Source of the DNA: Candidatus Latescibacterota bacterium
Lineage (GTDB): Bacteria; Latescibacterota; UBA2968; GCA-2709665
Length of the DNA: 64,000 nucleotides
Assembly (NCBI GenBank): GCA_965237675.1
Contig: OZ250150.1
Location: forward strand, 2,656,001 to 2,720,000
Reading direction: 5' to 3'
Below are positions 50,169 to 60,888 of the stretch, in pieces (within the stretch, counting starts at the first letter, position 1; each line of letters begins with the position of its first letter). Both the position numbers and the translations under genes were made by a program. The notes below the pieces were generated by a model. That model did not search any database. It had not been told where the DNA came from and saw only the letters and a program-made list of their open reading frames with translations.

Positions 50169-51420
50169 GTGGTCGATTTCAGAAATAGGTATAATGTTGT
50201 CTGGAACCGGGTGTGTGCTTATAATAAGGTTGTCTCCCCGACCGCGTTGGGAGGTAACCGATGCCTGGACCGAAGCCGAAGTATCAACCCGAGTTTGAGA
50301 CGGAGGAGATCGCAGAGGCTCGTAGGATTGCACGACAACGAACGGCACCCAGCTCCCATGTTCACCGGGCCAAGATGGTCGTGATCTTGTCGGAGCATCC
50401 GGACATCTCGCACGAGAGGCTGGCTCAAGCCGTTGGGGTGCACCCGAGAACGGTGATGAAATGGCGAAAGCGCTGGTCGGTTGAGGGTTTTTCACTGTTG
50501 GATCAGCCTCGTAGTGGAAGACCCCCGGTTTTTCCCCCCCGAAAGCGTCGCTGAAATTAAGGCCATCGCCTGCCAATTGCCAGCCGTGCGGGAGATCCCG
50601 CTTTCCCGCTTCAGCCTCGCAGAGATGCTTCGGGAAATCCGTTCGGAGTCCACCGTGTCGATCTCCAGGAGCACGCTGTGGCGTCTCCTCAAACAGGACG
50701 CCATTCGTCCCTGGTTTCACCGATCCTGGATCTCTGTCAAGGATCCGCGCTTTCTGGAAAAAGCGGGCCCCGTTTTGGATCTGTATCAAGGTGATTATGA
50801 GGGCGTGCCACTGGGGCCCAAAGACTACGTCCTCAGTGCGGACGAGAAATCGCAGCTCCAGATCCTGGAGCGGGAGTTCCCGTGTTCACCGCCGGGACCG
50901 GGCAAACCCATTCACTGTGAGTCGGACTACAAGCGCCACGGGACCGTGGCCTACCTGGCCGCACTCGATATCAGAAGCGGAAAAATCTTTGGTCGTGTGG
51001 ATCAAACCACGGGGATCGAACCCTTTCAGGCTCTGGTCGACCTCGTGATGAAGCAGGAGCCGTATGCTTCGGCCGAACGCGTGTTCTGGATCCTCGACAA
51101 TGGGGCTTCCCATCACCCGTCGACCTCCCCTGCGCGACTCCGGAAGGCTTACCCGAACCTGATCGCCATCCATCTTCCCGTCCACGCAAGCTGGCTCAAC
51201 CAAATCGAGATCTACTTCTCTATCCTTCAAAGAAAGGCACTTACGCCCAACGACCTCGCAGACAGAAAGCAAATGGAAGACCGAATCCTCGGTTTTGAGC
51301 GCCGCTACAACCAAACTTCCAGACCCTTCAACTGGCGATTCACCCGCAACGACCTCGAAGAAAGGCTCCGCGAACTCAAAATCGCCGCCTAACTTGATAC
51401 TAACTTCTGAAATCGACCAC
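50169..51420 (+). mobile_element. IS630-family element
   Basis: Perfect TIR GTGGTCGATTTCAGAA at both ends, flanked by TA. Confidence 0.93.
50261..51392 (+). CDS. IS630 transposase in two frames joined at a T5C7 run
   Basis: ORF1 HTH (V.KWRKRW..EG..L.DQPRSGRP); ORF2 ADEK, YKRHGT, ILDN..SH, HASWLNQIE; slippery run at 50529-50540. Confidence 0.85.
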
Positions 51421-54400
51421 TAGTCCCGACGTCGAACTCATTTCGTCACGTAAATTTCCACCGAACACGGAAGACATTTCCCTTCAATTCAAGGTGGCGG
51501 ATACTGACGGGCTTCACCAGTTGATCCTGTTTACCACCACGCCACCTCTTCACTGGGGTAGCGGATTCCCTGAAGTGGAGGCGTGGCGGGGATTGGCGAA
51601 GGAGGAACGTGCTGTCGTTGACTTCAGGTACGAGCGCGATCCCTCAGGGATGATTCAAAGCCCTGATTTAGAGAAGATCCATATCAACGCGCTAGACACG
51701 GATGGGAACGTACTGCAGGCATCGTTCAATCTCGTGAGTATTTCGCCTTATCATTACGCAACACTTGAGGGGCATACGCACTGGGTCTTCAGCGTGTTAT
51801 TCTCACCGGACGGAAGAGTCGTGGCTTCCGGTTCATACGATAATACGATGCGGCTCTGGGACGTCGCCACGGGCAAGACTCTTTCCACCCTTTTGTATGC
51901 AAGCTCAATCGTTTCGATGGCATTTTCGCCCGATGGGACGACCGTCGCTTCCGGGCTGAACAATGGAAATGTACTACTATCGGACGTTGCGACGGGCAGA
52001 CACATCACGACTCTCCGGGGGCATACGAATGATGTACGGTCAGTTGCGTTCTCGCCCGACGGGTCTACGCTAGCTTCCGGATCCTACGACAACACCGTGA
52101 AGCTCTGGGACGTTAGTGCGGGAAATACAATCTCCACACTCGTAGGTCATACGGATGGCGTGCAGTTGGTGTTGTTCGCTCCTGACGGGAAAGCGCTAGC
52201 TTCCAGGTCAAGGGACAAGTCGGTAAGGCTTTGGGACACGGTGGCCGGCACGCGCCTCGCGACGCTTCCGCATTCACATCCAGTCTCTTCGGTGTCTTTT
52301 TCGCCCGATGGGACGACTCTCGCTTCCGGAGCGGACGATAACAATGTCCGATTGTGGGCGGTTGCTACAGGAGAACTCATCGACACTTTTAAGGGGCACG
52401 CGCGAGCAGTCTCTTCGGTGTCTTTTTCGCCCAATGGGAAGATTCTGGCCTCGGGGTCATTCGACAACACAGTCAGGCTATGGCGAGCAGATGAGGGAAT
52501 GGCCATCGCCACATTGCGGGGCCACGAGAGTGGGGTCACCAGGTTGTTGTTTTCGCCTGATGGAACGCTCCTGGCTTCAGCGGCTTGGGACCATACTGTG
52601 AAGGTATGGGACGTTACCACGGGTGCGAGTCTTGCTACCTTTCCACATACGGAAACGGCCGCTTCGATATCGTTTTCACCGGATGGGAGGCTCCTCGCTA
52701 CTTCGGAAAACAAAACTGTCGAGTTGTGGGATCTGTCCACATGGACCTTACCCCGTGCGCAAACCGTGAAGATAATCTCAGGCGACAACCAGGAAGGCGC
52801 ATCCGGCGCCGCATTAGCTGATCCGCTGATCGTTGAAGTACGAGATCAACTCGGTGAGCCAATATCGGGTGCGCAGGTCACGTTTACGGTCATAGCAGGC
52901 GATGGTAGCTTCAGCAGTGGATTCACGACATTGAATGCCAAAACGGGTCCGGACGGCAGAGCGCAGGTACTCCTCACCCTGGGTCCCAATCCGGGACCGA
53001 ATACCGTCAGGGCATCGATCGCCGAACTCGTAGTGGAAACGTTCAACGCCGTGGGCCTTGGGTCATCTGTTGTAACGGATAACGCCCTCGACTATCCGAC
53101 GTGGCATCTGCCACGAGGGGCCGCCCTGCGTCTGGGAAAGGGTGTCATCGGCCAAAGCGACCGTGCGATTGCTTTTTCTCCTGACGGCAAGCTTGTTGGG
53201 GTGGCAAGTGGCATTGGCGTCTGGCTATACTCGGTGGAAGACCCGGAAAAAGTCACTCTGCTTCGCTCAGACCTTGTCAATTCGTTGTCCTTTTCCCCTG
53301 ACGGCAGAACGCTTGCCTCGGCGGGCGGAGTGTTTGAAAAGGAGGAGATCAAGCTGTGGGATGTGGCAACGAGAACCAGTACACGGATTGCTAATGGATG
53401 GTACTCCGCCGATGTCACGTTTTCTCCGGATGGCAGGGTCCTCGCATACCGTGCAAGAGATGGGTCGAATATCGAATTGTGGGATCTCGCTTCGGGGACT
53501 TCTGCGACCACCAAAGGCAGCGATGACGACGGTCTTATTACCAGTCTGACGATTTCACCAGATGGAGCCACCCTCGCATCTGGGTTTAATGACGGCAAGA
53601 TAAAGCTGTGGGACATGGTAACGCGCACCTATGCCGCCACGCTTGACGGGCATCCCCGTGAGGTCCACTCTGTGGCCTTTACTCCGGACGGCAACACTCT
53701 CGCCTCTGCGTCCAGTGACGGGACGGTAAGGCTGTGGGACCCGGCGTCGGGAACCAACGTTGCTACCCTGCGGGATCACGGCAGTAGTGTTATCAGCATT
53801 GTGTTTTCTCCTGACGGCTCCATCTTCGCCACCGGGGCATGGAACGGTGATATAAAACTCTGGCATACGGCGACGCTTGGAAATTTCGATGCGTTAAATG
53901 GCCACGGGGATCTTGTTAGGGCGGTTTCATTCTCTCCGAATGGGAACACCTTCGCCACCGGTTCCATAGATGGCACGGTCAAGCTGTGGGATCTGGCATC
54001 GGGAAACGCCACCACCATTTCCGGTCATTCGGCAGCGATTTTTGGCATGGCTTTTACACCGGACGGGTCAACACTGGCTTCCTACTCCAGTTCACTTCAA
54101 GGAAAGGTTGAAATATGGGATGTTGCAACGGGACGATTGGTCGCCGCCCTTGGTGAGCATAGGTGTTCTCCCGTTGAGACATTGGCCATTTCACCGGATG
54201 GGACGACGCTCGCCACAGGTTCACAGGACAGGACCGTCCGGCTATGGGACCTTCATACACACACAAATTTCGCTACGTTGGAACACGACCATAAAGTGTG
54301 GGTGGTTTCCTTTTCACCCGATGGAAGGATGCTGGCATCCGCGGGTGGGAGATCAGTCAACCTGTGGAACGTCAGAACACAAGACAAGATTGCGGAGTTT

Positions 54401-55369
54401 AACGGTCTTCGTGATGCGGTTACAGCTCTTGCTTTCTCACCAGACGGAGCAACTCTGGCTTCGGGACTGTACTATGGCGAGATCAGGGTTTGGGACCTGT
54501 TGACCGGTACAACCGTTGCCGTACTTGCTGGATCTTCCGCACGGATTCTCTCGTTGTCCTTCTCTTCCGACGGAACACGGCTTACGTCCGGTTCGTACGA
54601 TGATGTCGTGAGGGTGTGGGACCTGGTGAAAGGCAGCACTCTCGACACACGGAAAGCAAAGTGGACTCAAGATATGGCATTTTCTTCCGACGGGACGATG
54701 TTTGCCACCGGTTCAGGCGACCGAATGGTCAGACTCTATGATATGTCGACAGGCGACATAGTCTCCACCTTTGGAGGGCATGCGCACTGGATCCACAGCG
54801 TGGTGTTCTCGCCTGATGGCAATACCCTGGCGTCGGGATCCAACGACGGCACGATTCTACTGTGGGATCTGCAACGCATTCATTCCGTGCCCTATCTTGT
54901 AAAGGGGGTCTCCGGCATTGAGCAGAAAGGGCCGGCAGGGACCGTGTTAGCCAAGCCGTTTGTCGTCTCGGTGCGGGACGAAAACGGGGAACCTTACGCC
55001 GGTGCCGTTGTCACCTTCGTCGTTACTGCCGGCGGAGGCACGCTTTCCGTAACCACCGACACGACCGATGCCAGCGGAAAGGCCGGCACGACCCTGACTT
55101 TGGGAACAAAGCCGGGGACAAACACCGTTGTCGCAACGGTCGCTGATCTCGAGCCATTGGCCTTTACTGCTATTGGCGAGGCCAACCCCGACTATGATGG
55201 AGACGGTAAGGTTGGCTTTGGCGATTTTCTGCTATTTGTGGAGAGGTTCGGTCTCAGTCAGGATGACGACGGATATGAAGCGCGGTACGATCTGGATGGT
55301 AATGGCGAGGTGGGATTTTCGGACTTTCTGATATTCGCAGGCGACTTCGGGAAGACTGTAGGGAATTAG
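51421..55369 (+). pseudogene. WD40-repeat protein paralogue 1, 5'-truncated at IS630 (signal peptide and metalloprotease lost)
   Basis: Sequence right after the IS is identical to paralogue 3 from ~61660; GH...V.S..FSPDG..LASGS.D.TV.LWD repeats, two Ig-like (Big_1) domains, C-terminal dockerin-like tag; could be translated from GTG 51494. Confidence 0.82.
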
Positions 55370-55497
55370 GCTGTACTTCGGTTGGATATTATGATGTTGG
55401 CGGTGGGGTGGTTCGGACTGCCATTCGGACTGGCGATTTTCATTCACGGATGTCCGTTTTTTAGGGACGGTTCGTGAACCGCCCGTTTTGCACGTGC
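55370..55497 (+). repeat. Conserved 3' trailer of WD40 genes, copy 1 (contains REP)
   Basis: Aligns with 60635-60764. Confidence 0.75.
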
Positions 55498-55509
55498 ACT
55501 TCACGCGAC

Positions 55510-55917
55510 GACGCGCTGCGCATCCTCAAGCAGCACTACAAGCTCGTAATCCTTTCCAACGTCCACCGCGGCGGCATCGCCGCCTCGAACCGCAAGCTGG
55601 GCGTAAGTTTCGACGCCATCTATACGGCGGAAGACATCGGGTCCTACAAGCCCGCCGACGCCAACTTCGAGTACCTGATCGCCAACCAGAATGCGGACTT
55701 GGGCTTCGAACCCTCGGTCGTACTGCACACCGCGCAGAGTCTGTACCATGACCACGTACCTGCGAGGAAGTTCGGGTTGGCCACCGCTTGGATTGGCCTG
55801 CGGCGGTTGTCGGAGGGCGGGAGTTGGGGCGCCACCGAGCGCGTGGAAACGATGCCGAAGACCGACTACGTCTTCTTCTCGCCCGGCGAGATGGCGAAAG
55901 TGGTTGCGGGCATCTGA
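55510..55917 (+). pseudogene. 3' half of a HAD hydrolase (diverged copy of 27541-27948)
   Basis: DALRILKQHYKLVILSNVH...; 408 bp collinear, about 25 of 135 aa differ by manual count; lacks the catalytic N-terminus. Confidence 0.9.
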
Positions 55918-56197
55918 AGCCTGACTGCGACTCCTGAACCCGCCACGCCCTCCAGTAAATCATCAGGTTTCTTTGTAGAAGTACGTTAAGATTCGTTTTT
56001 CGGTAACGTCGCAATCGATAACTCTTTTAGCGGCAAGCCTCTGGCGATAGCATATATTCCGATTTCGCATAATGCCTCGTGGGAGCAATCGATCCGCATC
56101 GAGCAGGCGTTGCAAGATCAGCCACCGATCCGCACCTCGGCCAACGTATCGGACTGGATTCTGTGCGAATACAGTTAAGAAAGACGAGGATTTAGCA

Positions 56198-59100
56198 ATG
56201 CAAGCCACCGGAAATCGTCTCAGCGGATGGAATAGCATGAGATTTTGCATTCTTGCTATAGTTTGCATCGTCCTCTCGCCGTTGTTTGCCGGCTACGCCT
56301 ATCCACAGGAAACAGGCGATGTACCGTTCTGCGAGCCTATCGATCTCTCGCAGGTGCAGCCCAAGGGCTTCGATGCCGCCGGCAAGCGGGCATTCAGCCT
56401 GAACACGGGCGATCCCCGTACTGTGCGCGTGATCTACTTCGTACCCAACGACCGTTCGTTTTCCATCACGGTGGAGGACTCCATAAAGAGGGCAGTCCGG
56501 CAGGTCCGGACGTTTTTCGCCGACCAGATGAAGGCGCACGGCTTTGGTCTTAACGCCATAGACATTGATACAGGGGACGATAGGGATCCGCTGATCCACC
56601 GCGTCACAGGACAGCACCCGAACGACCACTACGCCGACAATATGCACTCCGCTGTCTTTAGTGAGATCCGTCAGGATTACGACACCTGGGCGAACATATA
56701 CATCGCCTTCATCGACAATAGCCGAAGGTTTACACCGCGCGGAGGCAGAAACGGAAAAACCGGCGGAGAGGCGTCCATGCGCGTGGATTTTGACTGGCAA
56801 ACGGTGGCGCATGAACTGGGACACGGGTTTGGCTTACACCACGATTTTCGGAATTATTCGTACGTCATGTCATATGGAAGCGAACCGATCAGTTTGTCGC
56901 TATGCAACGCACAATTCCTTTCCGTGCATCCATACTTCAATCCTGGGATTGCGACTGAATCGACGGCTGGGCCCGCCGTCGAACTCATTTCGTCCCGTAA
57001 ATTTCCACCGAACGAGGAAGACATCAATGTTCAATTCAAGGTGGCGGATACTGACGGGCTTCACCAGTTGATTCTGTTTACTATGACGCCACTCATTAAC
57101 TGGGGTGGTGGATTCCCTGAAGTTAAGGCGTGGCGTGGAATGGCGAAGGAGGCAGATGCCGTCATTGACTTCCAGTACGCACGCGATGCCGTTGGGATGA
57201 TACAAGACCCGGATGTGGAGAGAATTCATGTTAATGCCGTAGACACGGATGGAAATGTCGGGCAGGCATCGTTCAATCTCGTGAGTATTTCGCCATACCA
57301 TTACGCCACGCTCAGTGGGCATACACACGCGATCTTCAGCGTGTTGTTCTCGCCGAACGGAAAGGTCGTTGCTTCCGGTTCAGACGATAATACGATGCGG
57401 CTCTGGGACGTCGCCGCGGGCAAGACACTTTCCACTCTTTCATATGCAAGCTCAATCGTTTCAATGGCGTTTTCGCCCGACGGGACGACCATCGCTTCCG
57501 GGCTAGACGATGGAAATGTCCTACTATCGGACGTTGCGACGGGCAAACCCATCACGACACTCCAGGGGCATACGGATGATGTACGGTCAGTTGCGTTCTC
57601 GCCCGACGGGTCTACGCTAGCTTCCGGATCCTACGACAACACCGTCAAGCTGTGGAACATTTTTTCGGGAAAGACGATCTCCACACTTGTGGGTCACACG
57701 AAAGGGGTAACGTCGGTGTTGTTCGCCCCTGACGGGAAAGTGCTGGCTTCTAGGTCGTGGGACAATACGGTAAGGCTTTGGGACACGGTGGCCGGCACGC
57801 GCCTCGCGACGCTTCCACATCCAAATACAGTCTCTTCGGTGTCGTTTTCGGCCGACGGGTCAACCCTCGCTTCCGGTTCATCCGACGGCAACGTCCGGCT
57901 GTGGGTGGTTGCAACGGGGGAACATATCCATACACTTGAAGGACATTCTGGGGCGGTCTCGTCGGTGTTGTTTTCACCTGACGGTACGACCCTCGCTTCC
58001 GGTTCATACGACAATACGGTCCGGATTTGGCGAGTTGAAACGGGAAAGGCCGTCGCCTTGCTTACAGGACACACGCAGGGTGTCTCGTCGGTGTTGTTTT
58101 CACCCGACGGAACCATACTTGCTTCCGCGTCACGGGACAATACGGTTAAGTTATGGGACGTTGCGACGGGCGCGAATCTTGCCACCCTGCGGCACGCACA
58201 CTTCGCCCCTTCGATGTCATTTTCGCCGGACGGTAGACTCCTCGCTACTTCGGATAACAAAACGGTCGAGTTGTGGGATCTGTCCACGTGGTCCCTACCC
58301 CGTGCGCAGATCGTGAGGATCATTTCAGGCGACAACCAGGAAGGCACAACCGGCGCCGCATTAGCTGATCCACTGATCGTTGAAGTACGAGATCAGTTCG
58401 GTGATCCCATAGCGGGCGCGCAGGTCACGTTTACGGTCATTGCAGGCGATGGAAGCCTCACCAGCGGCTTCACGACCGTGAATGCAACAACGGGTCCGGA
58501 CGGCAGGGCGGAGGTACTCCTCACCCTCGGTCCCAATCCTGGACCTAATAACGTCAAGGTATCCATCACCGAACTCGCAGTAGAAACCTTCAACGCCGTG
58601 GCCATTGGAACCCCAGTCGTAACGGGTGACGCGCTTGACCATCCAACGTGGCATCTGCCACGAGGTGCCGCCCTGCGCCTGGCCAGGGGTGCAATTGGCG
58701 AAAGCCAAAGGGCGGTTGCCTTTTCGCCTGACGGAAGGATTGTTGCTGTTGCAAGTGGTATCGGAGTATGGCTCTACCACGTGGAGAACCCGAAAAGATT
58801 CACTCTGCTGCCCTCGGGTGTCGTCCATTCGGTGTCCTTTTCACCGGACGGCAAAACGCTTGTCTCATCCGGAGGTTCGGGGAGCGAAGGCGAAGTCAGG
58901 CTGTGGGACGTGGCAACGGAAACCCATACCCGCATACCCATGCAAGAGGGTGACTTCGCCAATCTGCTGCTATCACCGGATGGAAAAACCCTCGTGTACC
59001 ATGGAGGCTATGCGACATTGAAGTTACGTGATGTGACATCGGGCGATGGCGCGTGGACCATTGGGACATTCGAAGCGTTTGTGAACCATCCTACATGTCT

Positions 59101-60634
59101 TACGTTTGCGCCGGATGGAGCCACCTTCGCTACCGGGCATCGGGACGGGTCGATCCGGCTATGGGACGTGGCATCGCGCACTATTACTACGACCTTGGAG
59201 GGGCATCGTCGCTATATCGACTCCGTGTCCTTTTCTCCGGATGCGGGTACCCTGGCATCGGCTTCCGCTGACGGTACGGTCAAGCTATGGGACGTCGCGA
59301 CGGGCACGTCGACCGTCACCATCCGCGATGAGTCGCAGCCGATTAGTGTGGCGTTTTCGCCAGATGGCGCGGTCCTTGCGTCCGGTTGGTGGGATGGAAC
59401 GGTCAAACTGTGTGAGGTAACGGATGGAAGGATAATCTCAAGTTTTATCGGCCACGGGGACAACGTCACCGCTGTTTCATTCAATCCGAAGGGCGGAGGC
59501 TTCGGCACGGTTTCCAAGGATGGAACGGTCAAACTGTGGGATCTGGCCACCGGCAACGCCAGGACCCTTTTCGGCCATTCGGGCCCCATTTGGGGTATGG
59601 CATTTTCGCCGGACGGCATAACTCTTGCTTCCCGTTCCGGTACATCTCAGGGAAAGGTCGAAGTATGGGACGCTGTTACTGGAAGGATGATCGCCGCGCT
59701 TGGCGAGCAGAGGTGCTCGCCCGTCCGCTCGTTATCCATCTCACCCGATGGGAAAACGCTTGCGATCGGATCACAGGACAGTACAGTCCTGCTATGGGAC
59801 CTTGGCACTCTGACGAATTTCGCCAGACTGGCTCACGGAAGTCAGGTGGGGGCGGTTTCCTTTTCACCCGATGGCACGTTACTCGCCTCCGCTGACGAGA
59901 CGGGAACGGTCAGCCTATGGAGCGTCAGGAACGAGAAGATGATCAGGGAGTTTTCGGGCGTGCACGATTGGGTCACAATGTTGGTTTTCTCGCCAGATGG
60001 ATCAACTCTGGCATCAGGGTTTCGCAACGGCGAGATCAGGGTGTGGGACGTGACGACGGGCGCAGTCATCCGTGACTTCAAAGGCCATTCTTCGCCGGTA
60101 ATCTCCATGGCCTTTGTGCAGGAAGGTACAGCACTTGCTTCCGGTTCTTTCGGCGGCGAGATCAGGCTGTGGGACCTGGCGACGGGGACGCCTAGCGCCA
60201 CTCTGGGAGGAACGCGGAAAAAATGCCTGGCATTCTCACCCGACGGCACGATGTTCGTCACACGGCAGCATAAATTGGTGAAGCTGCACGACATGTCCAC
60301 GGGCGACGATATCGCGACCTTTGCGGGGCACAATCACGAGGTCCTTAACGCAGTATTCACGCCAGATGGCAGGACACTCGCGACGGGATCTTATGATGGG
60401 ACGATCCTGCTGTGGGACCTGGCGCCATATCGGGAATCCGAGACTCCCAATCCTGATTTCAACGGCGATGGCGCCGTTGGCTTTGCCGACTTCATTCAAT
60501 TTGCGGCGAATTTCGGGCTTAGCCGTGGCGACGCTGATTATGATGCACGGTACGATCTGGATAACGACGGCGAGGTGGGATTCTCGGACTTTCTGATTTT
60601 CGCAGGGGACTTCGGAAGGACCGTAGGGGAATGA
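56198..60634 (+). CDS. Secreted metzincin-like metalloprotease + WD40 propellers + Ig-like domain + dockerin-like tag (paralogue 2)
   Basis: GAGG RBS; signal peptide; AHELGHGFGLHH..YVMSY; WD40 arrays; ISGDNQ.G..L..PL.VEVRD; PDFNGDGAVGFADF..YDLDNDGEVGFSDF. Confidence 0.9.
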   Translation: MQATGNRLSGWNSMRFCILAIVCIVLSPLFAGYAYPQETGDVPFCEPIDLSQVQPKGFDAAGKRAFSLNTGDPRTVRVIYFVPNDRSFSITVEDSIKRAVRQVRTFFADQMKAHGFGLNAIDIDTGDDRDPLIHRVTGQHPNDHYADNMHSAVFSEIRQDYDTWANIYIAFIDNSRRFTPRGGRNGKTGGEASMRVDFDWQTVAHELGHGFGLHHDFRNYSYVMSYGSEPISLSLCNAQFLSVHPYFNPGIATESTAGPAVELISSRKFPPNEEDINVQFKVADTDGLHQLILFTMTPLINWGGGFPEVKAWRGMAKEADAVIDFQYARDAVGMIQDPDVERIHVNAVDTDGNVGQASFNLVSISPYHYATLSGHTHAIFSVLFSPNGKVVASGSDDNTMRLWDVAAGKTLSTLSYASSIVSMAFSPDGTTIASGLDDGNVLLSDVATGKPITTLQGHTDDVRSVAFSPDGSTLASGSYDNTVKLWNIFSGKTISTLVGHTKGVTSVLFAPDGKVLASRSWDNTVRLWDTVAGTRLATLPHPNTVSSVSFSADGSTLASGSSDGNVRLWVVATGEHIHTLEGHSGAVSSVLFSPDGTTLASGSYDNTVRIWRVETGKAVALLTGHTQGVSSVLFSPDGTILASASRDNTVKLWDVATGANLATLRHAHFAPSMSFSPDGRLLATSDNKTVELWDLSTWSLPRAQIVRIISGDNQEGTTGAALADPLIVEVRDQFGDPIAGAQVTFTVIAGDGSLTSGFTTVNATTGPDGRAEVLLTLGPNPGPNNVKVSITELAVETFNAVAIGTPVVTGDALDHPTWHLPRGAALRLARGAIGESQRAVAFSPDGRIVAVASGIGVWLYHVENPKRFTLLPSGVVHSVSFSPDGKTLVSSGGSGSEGEVRLWDVATETHTRIPMQEGDFANLLLSPDGKTLVYHGGYATLKLRDVTSGDGAWTIGTFEAFVNHPTCLTFAPDGATFATGHRDGSIRLWDVASRTITTTLEGHRRYIDSVSFSPDAGTLASASADGTVKLWDVATGTSTVTIRDESQPISVAFSPDGAVLASGWWDGTVKLCEVTDGRIISSFIGHGDNVTAVSFNPKGGGFGTVSKDGTVKLWDLATGNARTLFGHSGPIWGMAFSPDGITLASRSGTSQGKVEVWDAVTGRMIAALGEQRCSPVRSLSISPDGKTLAIGSQDSTVLLWDLGTLTNFARLAHGSQVGAVSFSPDGTLLASADETGTVSLWSVRNEKMIREFSGVHDWVTMLVFSPDGSTLASGFRNGEIRVWDVTTGAVIRDFKGHSSPVISMAFVQEGTALASGSFGGEIRLWDLATGTPSATLGGTRKKCLAFSPDGTMFVTRQHKLVKLHDMSTGDDIATFAGHNHEVLNAVFTPDGRTLATGSYDGTILLWDLAPYRESETPNPDFNGDGAVGFADFIQFAANFGLSRGDADYDARYDLDNDGEVGFSDFLIFAGDFGRTVGE

Positions 60635-60764
60635 GCTGCGTCTAGGTTGGAAATTATGACTCTGGCGGCGGAGTGGTTCGGACAGCCATGCGGACTGGCG
60701 ATTTCAATTCACGGATGACCGGTTTCAGTAGGGGCGGTTCGAGAACCGCCCATGTTGCACGTGC
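60635..60764 (+). repeat. Conserved 3' trailer of WD40 genes, copy 2, with GTAG REP at 60728-60751
   Basis: Aligns with 55370-55497; GTAG-GGGCGGTTC-GA-GAACCGCCC. Confidence 0.75.
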
Positions 60765-60888
60765 CTGTCTGTAGCCGCAGGAACGGGAACCGTCGCTGAC
60801 CAAAATTGCATGTTGTAGTAAGTAAGGGCGCCCATGGATCGCTGGAGACATGGGTCGTTCTCACGCGGCAGGGAGAGGGGGGAAACCG

